64,000 bases of DNA. It comes from Camelus ferus (taxonomy: Eukaryota). The notes beneath the pieces are model-generated. The model was not told the DNA's origin. It saw only the letters and a list, made by a program, of their open reading frames with translations, and ran no database searches. The position numbers and the translations under genes are program-made. Positions 38,402 through 49,289 of the stretch are shown in pieces; position 1 is the stretch's first letter; every line of letters starts with the position of its first letter. The stretch lies in contig NC_045696.1 of NCBI RefSeq assembly GCF_009834535.1, forward strand, positions 15,688,001 to 15,752,000. Direction: 5' to 3'.

Positions 38402-38474
38402 ATGGACGCGCGGAGGCTGCCCGGGTGTCCAGGGGTCTTGCTTCCGAAGTTGGTCCTGCTCTTTGTTTACGCAG
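38402..38474 (+). CDS. CYYR1: CYYR1 (cysteine/tyrosine-rich 1) coding exon 1, signal peptide
   Basis: ATG at 38402 inside a CpG island. It encodes [24 protein letters not shown] plus 1 nt, which matches the recalled CYYR1 N-terminus ([24 protein letters not shown]). Donor CAG|GTCAGT at 38474/38475, phase 1. Confidence 0.96.
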
Positions 38475-41400
38475 GTCAGTGACCTAGGGCTACGGGAGAG
38501 GGGAAGGGGGCTCGGGGCTGCGCTGGGGTCACACTCCGGCCACCGCGGGTTGGGCGGGACGCACGGGAGCGTCGTGGGAGGTCAGACTGTGCGGTCCCCG
38601 CCGGGATGGAGCAGAGCCCGCGCCCGCGCGCGGGAGCCCTCGCTCGAACTCCACACGGTTGTGTTTTGTTTCTTTCCTTCAACGTTTTTCTTCTTCTTTT
38701 CCTTTTCCTTTCTCTCTCTGCGCAAAGCAACCAACCCCACAACCCCACATTTAGGGGATTTTATTTTCAACATAAAGTGAAAAATTTCCAAGTGCATTCA
38801 AGACTTAGGAATCTAGGGTGAGTGGAGGCTGAGCAGAGGGAGAAAAGCACTTTTTAAAAAAAAATCTTAAATTTAGAGGTTTCTCTGAGATTTTCAAATA
38901 AACTAATCTGGTAACTTTTCCAAATCAGTAAGTGCTACCCACTGCCCCCTCCACCTCCACATTCTCAATATTCCAGGTTTTCCCTTTTAGACATGAGAAG
39001 CCTTAGATCTATGTTTTCGTTCTTAAGATGATTCTCAAGTGTGGTGGACGGGGTAACTGGAAGTTTTGAGTTGAAATATAAGGTTTTTTAAGAGGCATAA
39101 ATTCACCCAGAATCTAATCCGTTTTCTGTGAATTCATTACTCACTTGTTTGTAGGGGAAGGACATCTCATTTCCCTCATTCCTAATTACTCTTAGTGAGA
39201 ATTGCTAATAATTGATGAAGGAAAGCGGTTTTCTTGTTTTGTGACTGATGTGGAGTCCAAAATAGCCTTTCTTTGGTTACTCATGTATAGAATTAATTAC
39301 ACATGCGGTTTGCATCTGCTCCATAGTTCAAAAACAGAATAAAAGCAAAGTTCTTTGTAAATGTTCTCAGGTCTCTCATTTCCTAGAACAGGAACCACAG
39401 GCTTACCTATGACCTTGCAATACTAAGTTTGCATATAGCACTGTGATTTACCTTTTGATACTTAGAAAATACTGCAACAGAAGTGAAGATGTTCATTCAA
39501 CATTCATACCTTCAAAAACAATAGAATTGAATTCCTCATTCAACCTGGCCAGAAATGAGTCACAATAACTTCTGTAGAAATTTCCAATCTGTTTATTAAA
39601 ATGTAAATTTGTGGCTGCCGGTAAGTTGTTTTAAAGATATTCTATGCTGACCTTCAGATAGAGAAATTAATAAAAGTAGTAAAAGTACTTTCTATTAAAT
39701 GAGAATCTACATTCTAATGTGCTTCCTACACATTTCTTTTACTTAAGTTGTATAAGATTTTCAGAATTTGAGAGACCAACAGAATCGATTGCATTAATAT
39801 TCATTTTATATTAAAATCTCTTTATCACTTCATGTGAAGCAATGATAATTCTTTCCATCTCCTCTGTTTATCAAAGGAAAATGAAATAAGCAAATAGAAC
39901 ACAGCAAATGAAATTTTAATACCCTCACTTGCCTTTAATTGTACCATTGGACACCTTTTTCTTGTTCTTTCATCTCTTTTATTTCCTTTGGTGCGCTGAA
40001 ATCTAATTTACACACTTTCCCTTCCCTTTTTTCATGGGCCCCCAGTGTTAGGTGCACAGCAACCCAGGATTCAGGAAACCCACACAGCTGGCCAGCAGCA
40101 AGCTTACCAGTTTAGAAAGTTTTCACTCCACTCATTTCTTCTGTCCATCCACATCCCTCCCTAGGAAGCTGCAAAGACATTGCCAGCCAATACCAGGTCA
40201 GTTTATCATCTTTGATAAGAAATGATTAGCTAGTGTGCTTTTGGTATTAATTCCTGAACTTTTTATTTCAGAGGCTTTTTTATGCTTGCCACGTTCACTC
40301 GACTAATACCTCTTGAATGACAGCTGTTGAGTGATACAGTGGCCAGGCTGAGTCTTTTCTGGTAGATAAGGTGTGCCCATTACTCAAAGGTGTAAAAGGT
40401 TGTGTTATGGGAGAGATACAGTCACACGCTAGAGCTGTTCAAGGGAGGGGAGTTTATCGATTAACCAGTTTATCGCTGGTTTAGGAGTTTATGCTCTGTG
40501 AAGATGATGGCTGTTTTGGTCAGCATAGTTGTCTCAGAGCCTCGCAGAATGCCTGGCCCGTAAGAAGACCTCAATAAATATTTGTTCAGAGGAGTTGAAT
40601 TGAGAAGGACTTTTAAGAACTAGACCTTTGAATTATAAGGAAGCCTTGGACAGAAGATGGGGTAGGATGTAGTGTGAACAAAGGCAAAAATCATGAGACG
40701 TGTACATACACAAACAGATAGTACAGTTGGGGGGAGACAGGAGGACACTGCAGAAATAGAAATAATCTGGACACCCTGTTAAGTGAATTGCCAGCTTTAA
40801 TGGGACATAAAGCTAAGTAGATGCAACTCTCCGTAACCTGAATTATGTTCCCCAAAGAAGTTGCAGGAAGTTCACGTTCCATTGGTTTAAGTAAGAGCAA
40901 GGTTTCTATACCTGAAGCATGATGTTTTACTGAGGAGTCATATTTGGAAAGAGACCGGTGAAGTGTTTACATTAACACCCAACTCCCACTGCAGGCTATA
41001 AAGACAGGATTTGGCCAAGGTTTTAACCTTCCTGGCCTTCGCCAGTGATTTCTGTCCCCTCCCTTTCCTTCCTTTCTTATCCTTAGCTGCAGATTGCAAG
41101 AGCCAATTCTGAGCAAGTGTTTGGAGCCAGATGTTTTCCTGTACTACACATTCCTCAAGATGGGGTGGGAGTGGGGCCGCTCCTTCCAAATCATGCCTTT
41201 AATTCAAGTCATTGAAGAAAATGTGAACTGGCTAATTTTCAAGAATATTAACTTGACCATGCGAAGTAATATTATTTATCTTCTGAGAGCAATTGGGATG
41301 TTTCATTCTTTTACAAGTGAGAAAGTACTTCTGTATTGTCCAAGCCGTGATTTTTTAGGAATATTCTCAAATAAACTGGAGAAAGCCCACTCACATGTCA

Positions 41401-42587
41401 AAATAAGTTTTGAGGTGCGGTCGAAACTCCAGTTTGGAAATGTTGTGATTGCAAATGTATTCACCATACTCCATCTTCCCTTATCAGTTGTTTAATTCAA
41501 GGAAATAGACAAGAGGGCTGGAAAATGCCATAAAAATAATGAACAATGTTTGCTGCAGGTATAATTTAGCTTCTTGGCTACAAGATTTTGGGCTTGGTTT
41601 CCTGTAACATTTGCTCAAAATATTTTGATAACACATGTCCTTATAAGAGTAGTAATTGAATCTTTGATAATCACGGAGAGCTTAGTAAGATGCCACTGTC
41701 TGGGGTATCTTTCAAAAGGAATCGTATGAAGCTACTTAAAAATCACTTATTCTGCTCCAACAAAATAAGGGAGGATGTCAGCTCTCCCACTATCTGAATG
41801 GCTTTTAAGAACAGGAAGCAAAACATCCCAGCTAAGCCCTTGAGATAACTGCTTAGTCTAAATATTTAAATTAATTAAACAATTCTGAAAATGAGAGCTA
41901 TAGAAGTTCACTGGGAAAATGATAAACTGCAAAAAAGTATACACTGTTAAGAAATCATTAGGCTGTGTTTCTTGTCTTCAAAATTTTAATGTGGATTTAA
42001 GTAGTTACTGAATCTTACAGAGGTGATTATTCTTCCCTTTCATTTCTTCTTACCACATCCCAGAAGAAAAAAAAAAAAAAACATTAAGGTTTGTTCATTT
42101 ATGAAGTAGAAATAAAATTGAGTGAAAGAAAATATGAAATTTTCACTTGTTCCACAAAGTTCATGCATTATTGACAAAGGTGAATGAACATTGCTAATAT
42201 TTGATTATATCAATTTTTTAAGAATCATATTGGCAGGGAGGTGATTTAAAAGCAAAATCTTAATTTTCCTCTTTGGCCAAATCTATAACGTGGACATGTA
42301 GGCATAAATATAACATTTGCACTTTTACGTTATGCTTTTGACAGAAAGCAATAGTCGTATAATTTAGATAATAGTTGATATGACCTTCAGAGATTGAGTT
42401 TGGAAATGACTTATTTTGTGATTCCTGAACATGTAACTTAAACTTGTCAGACTATATAGTTAATACGTGTACCTGAAACTCATATATCCATTACTGATTA
42501 TAACTAAATAACTTTAACTTGCTAAACATAAATTATTTAGATGGAATAAAGACTATTTTAAAGGTAAGATAACTTTTAAGTCACCAT

Positions 42588-42659
42588 TTTTGGTATAATT
42601 TTCCTTGCCAAAAACATGGAAAAATTTTGGTATAATTTTCCTTGCCAAAAACATGAAAA
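42588..42659. repeat. 37-bp tandem duplication in intron 1
   Basis: TTTTGGTATAATTTTCCTTGCCAAAAACATG occurs at 42588 and 42625. Confidence 0.95.
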
Positions 42660-43369
42660 GTAATTTGATTTGTCAGCTCCAATATGGCCTTTTTAATCAG
42701 AAAATACTTTTTCTCCTTCACATAGTGCTGTTTCATAGTTTATTGGTTCTTAAATCTGACATCAAATAAACTCTTAATTATTCACAAGTTAATTATCTAT
42801 GGGGACTTTTTCCTATAGCTTACTCATTATCTCCCAATCCAAATGGATTGACAGGATACACAGACTCATTTGTGTTACCATATGTATGCAAACTATAATT
42901 ATAAAGGTAAAAAATGGTAAAGAAAAGAAAGCATATACTGCATTGTCATGAAAAATATACATTAGTTAGAAATTATCTCCAGTTGACATGATTCGTGTCA
43001 ATAAAACTTTCCATTAAATGTAGTCAAGAGTAATACCCTAAAGTCAAAAGACTTTATCATTTAAAAAATATTATAAGAACTCTATTGACAAAATGAATGT
43101 CTGATTAGTTGGATCATTCATTCTTCCCCTTCATTGTCTCATTCAACCAAATCTGACTGCCAATTATGGTGCTTGATACAGAAGATTCAAATAATGGTCT
43201 TTGCCTTTTCTACTGTTATGTCTAATAAGGAAGGAAGACAGGTTTAGACGTGCTTACAAATGTTTTAGAATTCTGAGTAAGAACTCTAAATGTGCTAAAG
43301 AGTAGACATTGACCAATTAAGATATGAAATAGAGTAATTTTTTGTGCAGTAGTGGTTTCAGAACTGTAA

Positions 43370-43501
<132 letters not shown>

Positions 43502-45032
43502 TGAGTATTAGTTAAATTTGGCAATATTGACACTCTTTCCTTTGGCCAGTTACATTTTCAAAAAATACTAAGTTATAGATATGGGCAGAAAATTTTAAGA
43601 TTTGTGGTTGGCCTAAAAGTTTTACTGGATATACTCAATACTCCTCACTATCTAGTGTGTTATATTATTTAACTAAATGTGCAAATTAATATACAAAATA
43701 ATGTGCCTTTAGTAGAATGGAGTTTAAAGAATGTTCTTTTACTGCCTCATTTGTGTTTTATAATAATAATAATGTCTTAAGTCGGCCATGTTCATATTCT
43801 TACTCATTTTTTAACATTGTAAGCTATGTATTTTTGTCTGCTTTGTTGAAGGATTTGTAAGTTAGACTTTGTCATTTAATGATAGCCAGTTTATTTCACC
43901 ACCTATATAGTTGTCTGACTCATCCAGTAGATATCAGGGAAAATAGACATTATGAATAAAAAACAGTTGAGATATGAAATGTCAGTTTTCTACATAATGC
44001 TTACAACGCAGCTTGAGGAAAAAAGATCAGAGCCCAAGAAAGGCTGGGCATCAACCGTATAGGGAGAGATCCAACTACAAAAGTCAATGAAACATACACA
44101 CGTAGACTGTGTTAAGCATTTCCCTATAACAAATTAAACGTTTATTTTAGAGATGCTTCTGGGCTAAGGGAAATGGATAAGCAGGAACTGTCTTCAGAGT
44201 TGTACGTCTGAAGACTGTGTGCCTCTGTGTTCCTCTACACACACCTTCAAGTTGAGAGATAAAAGGTAGAGAATTAGGAACATAAGAATTTCACCCATGG
44301 AAATCACCCATGGCTTTCAGAAATCTGCCTCTGTCCTCCTTCGTGTTTATTTTTCAGTTGACTGTCAGGATGATCTGAAAGCTGTTTTATTGTGATTTAA
44401 CTCCTGTCCTATGAAGGCTTAAGTGGAGCGCCAGGAAGATTAGACACTAAGTGATACGTGCCTGGCTATTTTAGGCATTTGTCCATTGAGATGGCTGATA
44501 AATCATCCTCCGTTTCCTGAGAATAGAAAACTTGGCATCACATCAACTTTCTAGAATCAAAGTGGGGCTGATCTTAGAGATCATGTCTCTCTGAATAAGG
44601 CCAGAAAAATCACACTTCAGGACACTCCTGAAGACTGGCATGGCTATGTAAGAAAGAAGAAACGGCCAGTTGTCATAAAGGTTGAAGAGTAGAATTTAAG
44701 CATTCTTTGAAGTGCAAATAAACTCTACATTCAAAGGTTTGAATTTTTCCTCATGGAAGACTTGGTGGAAAAAGATTAAGTCCCCTTACATTTAAAGAGT
44801 CCGCTCAGAATAGCCTACATATACATATATAATGATGTTTCACATTTGTGTATCATTTCATTTTTCCTAAGTTAATTGAAATATTTTATTACTAAATTCA
44901 AATTTGATTTTCAAGTGGTCTCCACATGCCAGAGGCTGCTGTTCCACGTGGCTGTGCGGTGGGTCCTTTGAGTGTTATAGATTTGAGGAACCTGGGGTCA
45001 GAGTATGACTGTGATTCTTTGGTCCTCTGGCT

Positions 45033-45072
45033 CCTGGCCCATTCCTCTGCCCCCTGGCCCATTCCTCTGCCC
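45033..45072. repeat. Perfect 20-bp tandem duplication
   Basis: CCTGGCCCATTCCTCTGCCC x2. Confidence 0.95.
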
Positions 45073-46394
45073 CAACTACATCATGGTGTGTGTTGTGCTC
45101 CTAGTTCTCACCTCATAGATACATCCACCCTGTCAAATACATATAGAAGACATAATTACTTATAAATCAGAATACTTAAATTTTTAAAATTTACAGATGT
45201 GCTTTACATGCTTTATATTTGCAAGCAGATTCACCTTTTTATGGTGCATATTCTGTCCTTCAACTAATTTCATCACTTGGCTAAAGTAAAGAATTCGTTG
45301 AGTTTATATACTTATCTGGGTCATTAGGGCCATGTACTTGTTATGTTTGAAAAAAAGAATTGTGTTTTGTGGATGGCGGAAATAAACACAGATGGCATTA
45401 TATTTCAGGCATTTAAACTGAATTTTCTGTTCAAAATAGAAACCACTAAGTAAATCCCTTGCTAAACAATTCTTAGAGAAAAAAAAAAAAAAAAAAAAAG
45501 AGCCTTAGAGTGTTTTCCCCATTGGATAAAGGAGAATACATTTTCAGGATTTCCAGTTATTGTTTAAGATTTGAAAAGAGTTAACTCCACCCAGAGCTTT
45601 TCTTTTCTTTTCTTTTCTTTTTTTTAAGTTAGGGTGGGGGGTGGAGGGAGGAAAAAAAATAATTCCAAGAATGCTTTAAAAAGTTCCTTCATGTACATGT
45701 TTTCAAATATTCACTATTTTGGAAGTCATAAACTTGGAAGAGAGGATGTTGCCTCTCTTCTAAGCACCTAGGCACATTCTTAGTAAAAATCATTCTAATC
45801 ATCTTAACAGAAAATTTAATCTTTGGTGGTCAATAGTAAGGTAATGAGGAGGAAAGCAATAAATGCACTGGAATGTTACGTTTTCTCAATGAATAATTTT
45901 ATAAACTGGCTTTAATTTGGCTTCTGGCTTTGTTTATTTTCAAAAATAGAAAATGTCTTGGCTCAGCTTAAAAGGAGCTAAAAAGAGTACAACATACAAT
46001 TTGGATCACTCTAGATTCTGTGTAAATGGGACGGGAAGGTATACTTGATTCTTCTTGCTGAGGCCTCTCCCTAAAACAGTCAGAGTAGAGCTATTTAGCC
46101 CTGAATTCTGTTTATTTCGACTGTCCTTCTTCTGTTGCAAATTGACCATTAAGATTAGTTTTCAAAGAGATCGCAAGAGCTAACCTTTAATTTACCTTTT
46201 AGTTTAAAAATCTTATTTTACTCAGGTCTCTTTCTTTTAGATATTTTATATTCTAAATATGAGTTAATTTTGACAAGTAAATTCAGATTCCCCCTCCCCA
46301 TCTTTTTTTTTTTCTTTAGTTGGGAATTTTAGTATTTACTTGTGTCTCATGAAAAAATTTAAAAATTAATCTTTAAAAATAGCTGATGTACATT

Positions 46395-46505
46395 TTTTAA
46401 TTGGGATATAATTGACATGTAACATTACATTAGTTTCAGGTATAAAATACAATTATTCAATTTTGTATATATTGCAAAATGATCACTACAATAAATCTAC
46501 TTGAT
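46395..46505 (-). mobile_element. L1 3' terminus fragment
   Basis: TTTAATTGGGATATAATTGACATGTAACATTACATTAGTTTCAGGT..ATATTGCAAAATGATCAC. Confidence 0.8.
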
Positions 46506-46629
46506 ATAAATCTATTTAAAATAGCACACCTACTTTTGATCATTATAATCATGGATATTGATTTCCATACAGAAAAGTAATAGCATTATTTTCCAGAATT
46601 AAGAATAATTTTTGCAATAGTCAGCATAT

Positions 46630-47110
46630 ACTATGCAACCAATTATTTACAAATACATACTCAGTGCCCATGACCATGGCAGCAAAGGATCCAAAGATGA
46701 ATAAATGATGTTCCCTGACCTTTGTGATCTCACAACCTAATAAGAGAAGAAAATGTAGACAAATAATTCTAATTCAGTGGATTAATCTATGAAGTGCTAT
46801 TGAAGGGCAGGGAAGAGAGGAAACAGCTAAGTATGTGTGTTTGTGTGTGGGGGGGGTGAGTGTGTGTTTAGAAAGTGGTGTTTAGAGAAAGCATCATGAG
46901 TATGAAATTTGCACAGAGTTTTAAAGAAAGAGTAGATATTTACAAAAAAGGACAGTGAAGAAAGGGAAGAGCATTCCAGACAGAGAGAGTCTAGAGTACA
47001 AAGGCAAAGACGTAAGAAAGGAAACGATCAGTTTGGGGAAACCCACGCTGTTCAGTGTTGCTAGAAAAGGAAGGTTAAGCTTTGAAGATAACGTACAAAC
47101 AAGTAGGTCA
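46630..47110 (-). mobile_element. L2 fragment
   Basis: ATTTACAAATACATACTCAGTGCC..GATCCAAAGATGAATAA..GGGAAGAGCATTCCAGACAGAG..CAAAGGC. Confidence 0.65.
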
Positions 47111-48460
47111 GACAAGAGCCCCTCACTGTTACACACTTTTATTGGTCATGTCTAGCAAAACTAAAATAAAATAATTCAGCATTTTTCTGGAAATAAGACA
47201 GCTAGTTTCATGCAGAAAAAACACATTCTTCAAGACCTCTAAGACCAGGGACAAAGGTGAGAAGGCACCAAGTGGAGATTATTTTTATTCCATAGAGAAA
47301 ATACTGGGAATGAGCACTTTGAGATGTACACTATTTAGGACCATTTATGACAGAATATACGGCTTTGGAATTATTTCTCCACTTTTGATATTTTTGATCA
47401 TGAAGGTAACTATCTGACAATTGGCAACCTTACTGTGTTTGAAAATGAGAACTGGGCCAATTTCCAAATAAACAATTTCTCATCAAATTGATTCTCAAAC
47501 ATTTTATCCAGTCACTCTTCTCCATGGAAAATAAACATTCTTTGATGAATATGGAAAGGCATATTTCAGTTTTGCTGCTGATGAAATTTGACTGACATTG
47601 CCTAGAGGTAAGATCCAACATAAAGGTGTGGTTTGTAGAGTATTCTTTAGAATCTGTAGATTTCAAGGGATCAGTGGGTGCAACTGAGTGGCTAATTACT
47701 GTTAGTCATGGAAGAGACTAAAAGTAGGACTTTACTGAAAGTGAAGAAAACTGCTACATGAATAAGAGAATAATTGTACAATATTGAACAGGAACCAAAT
47801 AATGACTGAGTTGGACATCGTGAGCCAGATGACAAGAAACAAGATTCAGTCCCTTCACTCAGAAGTAAATTTTTACCTTTCCAGTTTGCTTTTGTAAAAT
47901 GCAGCTCTATCTAGGGATTCTTCCGTGCACCATCTGGCCAGCACAAAATCCCCACGGGGCAAAATCAAGAGGAAGAACTAATAATGGAGATCCTGGTAGG
48001 ATTAAGTTTCTTTCCTTCTCAATGAAATGTGAATGATATATTGCCTGAAGTTTTGGAAAGACACCTACTAAATATCACGACTGTGATCTTAGAGCCAAGT
48101 TATGCATGAAAGCAAAACTGGGTTGAAAGATAAAGGTTTCATATTTCCAAATGGCACTTGATTTCCTATACTCGCTAATTCAGATGAGTATTCTGAATAA
48201 AACACGTGAGTCCGTTCAGATAAAGACAGAAATGTAATACAGCTTGAAAGCCCTTTGGCATTGGTAAAAAGATCATTTAAATGAAATGAATTAAGATATT
48301 CTTAGTACTTAGATATAAAAAAAAAAAACTCTGAAAGATATATACTAAGCAAATTAAAGTTTGTGGGAGTCTTGTTTTGGTTTTAAGAATGACCAAAAAA
48401 AAAAAAAAACCCTAATATAATGTTAAAATAAACATGAACTTGATTTTAAAATGTGGCCAT

Positions 48461-48738
48461 GCTAATGAGGTGACTTTTGGAAAGCACTTGAGGATGGGGA
48501 CTGGTTGCCAGGGAAACCAACCTTGTGATTAGAGGGTTGGAACTTTCAGTCCTGGTCCCCAGACCTCCGGGGATGAAGGAGGAGCTGGAGACTGGGTTCA
48601 ATCATTGATGGCCAATGACTTAATCAACCATGTCTATGTAATGGAGCCTCCATGAAAATGCAAAAGAACAGGGTTGGAGAGCTGCCAGGTTGGTGAATAA
48701 ACACAGAAAGATTTGGAGAGAATGGCGTGCTCAGAGAA
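48461..48738 (+). mobile_element. MER21-like LTR fragment
   Basis: GCTAATGAGGTGACT..GGCTGGTTGCCAG-like, GTGATTAGAGGGTTGGAACTTTCAG..ATGGCCAATGACTTAATCAA..GCCTCCAT..GGTTGGTGAA. Confidence 0.85.
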
Positions 48739-48781
48739 CTTTTTTTTTTAGTTTAAATAATTGAATAAAAAGTTTAATGTA

Positions 48782-48812
48782 CGCAACATTGTAAACTGAC
48801 TATACGTCAATA
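48782..48812 (+). mobile_element. Minimal (~30 bp) L1 3' tail with TSD
   Basis: CAACATTGTAAACTGACTATACGTCAATAAA is nearly identical to the 3' tail of the L1 at ~15021-15047. Flanked by TAAAAAGTTTAATGTA / TAAAAAAATTAATGTA. Confidence 0.8.
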
Positions 48813-49289
48813 AAAAAATTAATGTAGTAACACATAATGTTTAGTATAAGAAAAAAGGCATAGCTTTTCAGAAGACATGTGTTTACATTTTATGTATTAT
48901 TAAGAGCAAATATAAATGTGTAAATACCTAAACTTTTTTAAGTCAACTATATTCTACTCAATCATGACTGCTTCTGTAAATTAAAGCTTCATTGTTAAAA
49001 ACATAATTTGTTTTTAAGAAGGGCTAGATGAAGTTTCTAGAACATGTTCCCAGCAATTTATTTCTACAAATTTCTACAAAGATAATCTGGGTTCTACTGG
49101 AGGACATCACTGTGAATCATACACAGTTCCTGACCTTGAATTGCTTATAAGCTATTGGGGAACACGGACTTATAAAACAGATGATTTAATAGGTTTTGGA
49201 ATCAGAAAAGAGTTTTTAGTCCAACTTCAGGGTGCTCGGAAGACTTCTTGAAAGAGAATAATTCTAAGATGAGCCTTGAAAGAAACAGC

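Larger units (their letters stand above)
37950..38660 (+). promoter_or_regulatory. CYYR1: CpG island / promoter and 5' UTR of CYYR1
   Basis: Abrupt GC- and CpG-rich block in AT-rich DNA that spans exon 1. GC/KLF boxes (GGGGAGGAG, CCACCCCCGCCCCC) at ~38015-38044 and a TATA-like TATAGAAG at 37992. Confidence 0.9.

Noticed and set aside
37945..38821. Many overlapping 70-145 aa ORFs on both strands
   Set aside because: Expected stop-codon scarcity in a CpG island. Only the frame from 38402 matches a known protein and a splice donor.
41094..41495. 133-aa intronic ORF as an alternative exon
   Set aside because: TTG start, no homology recognised and no convincing splice sites.
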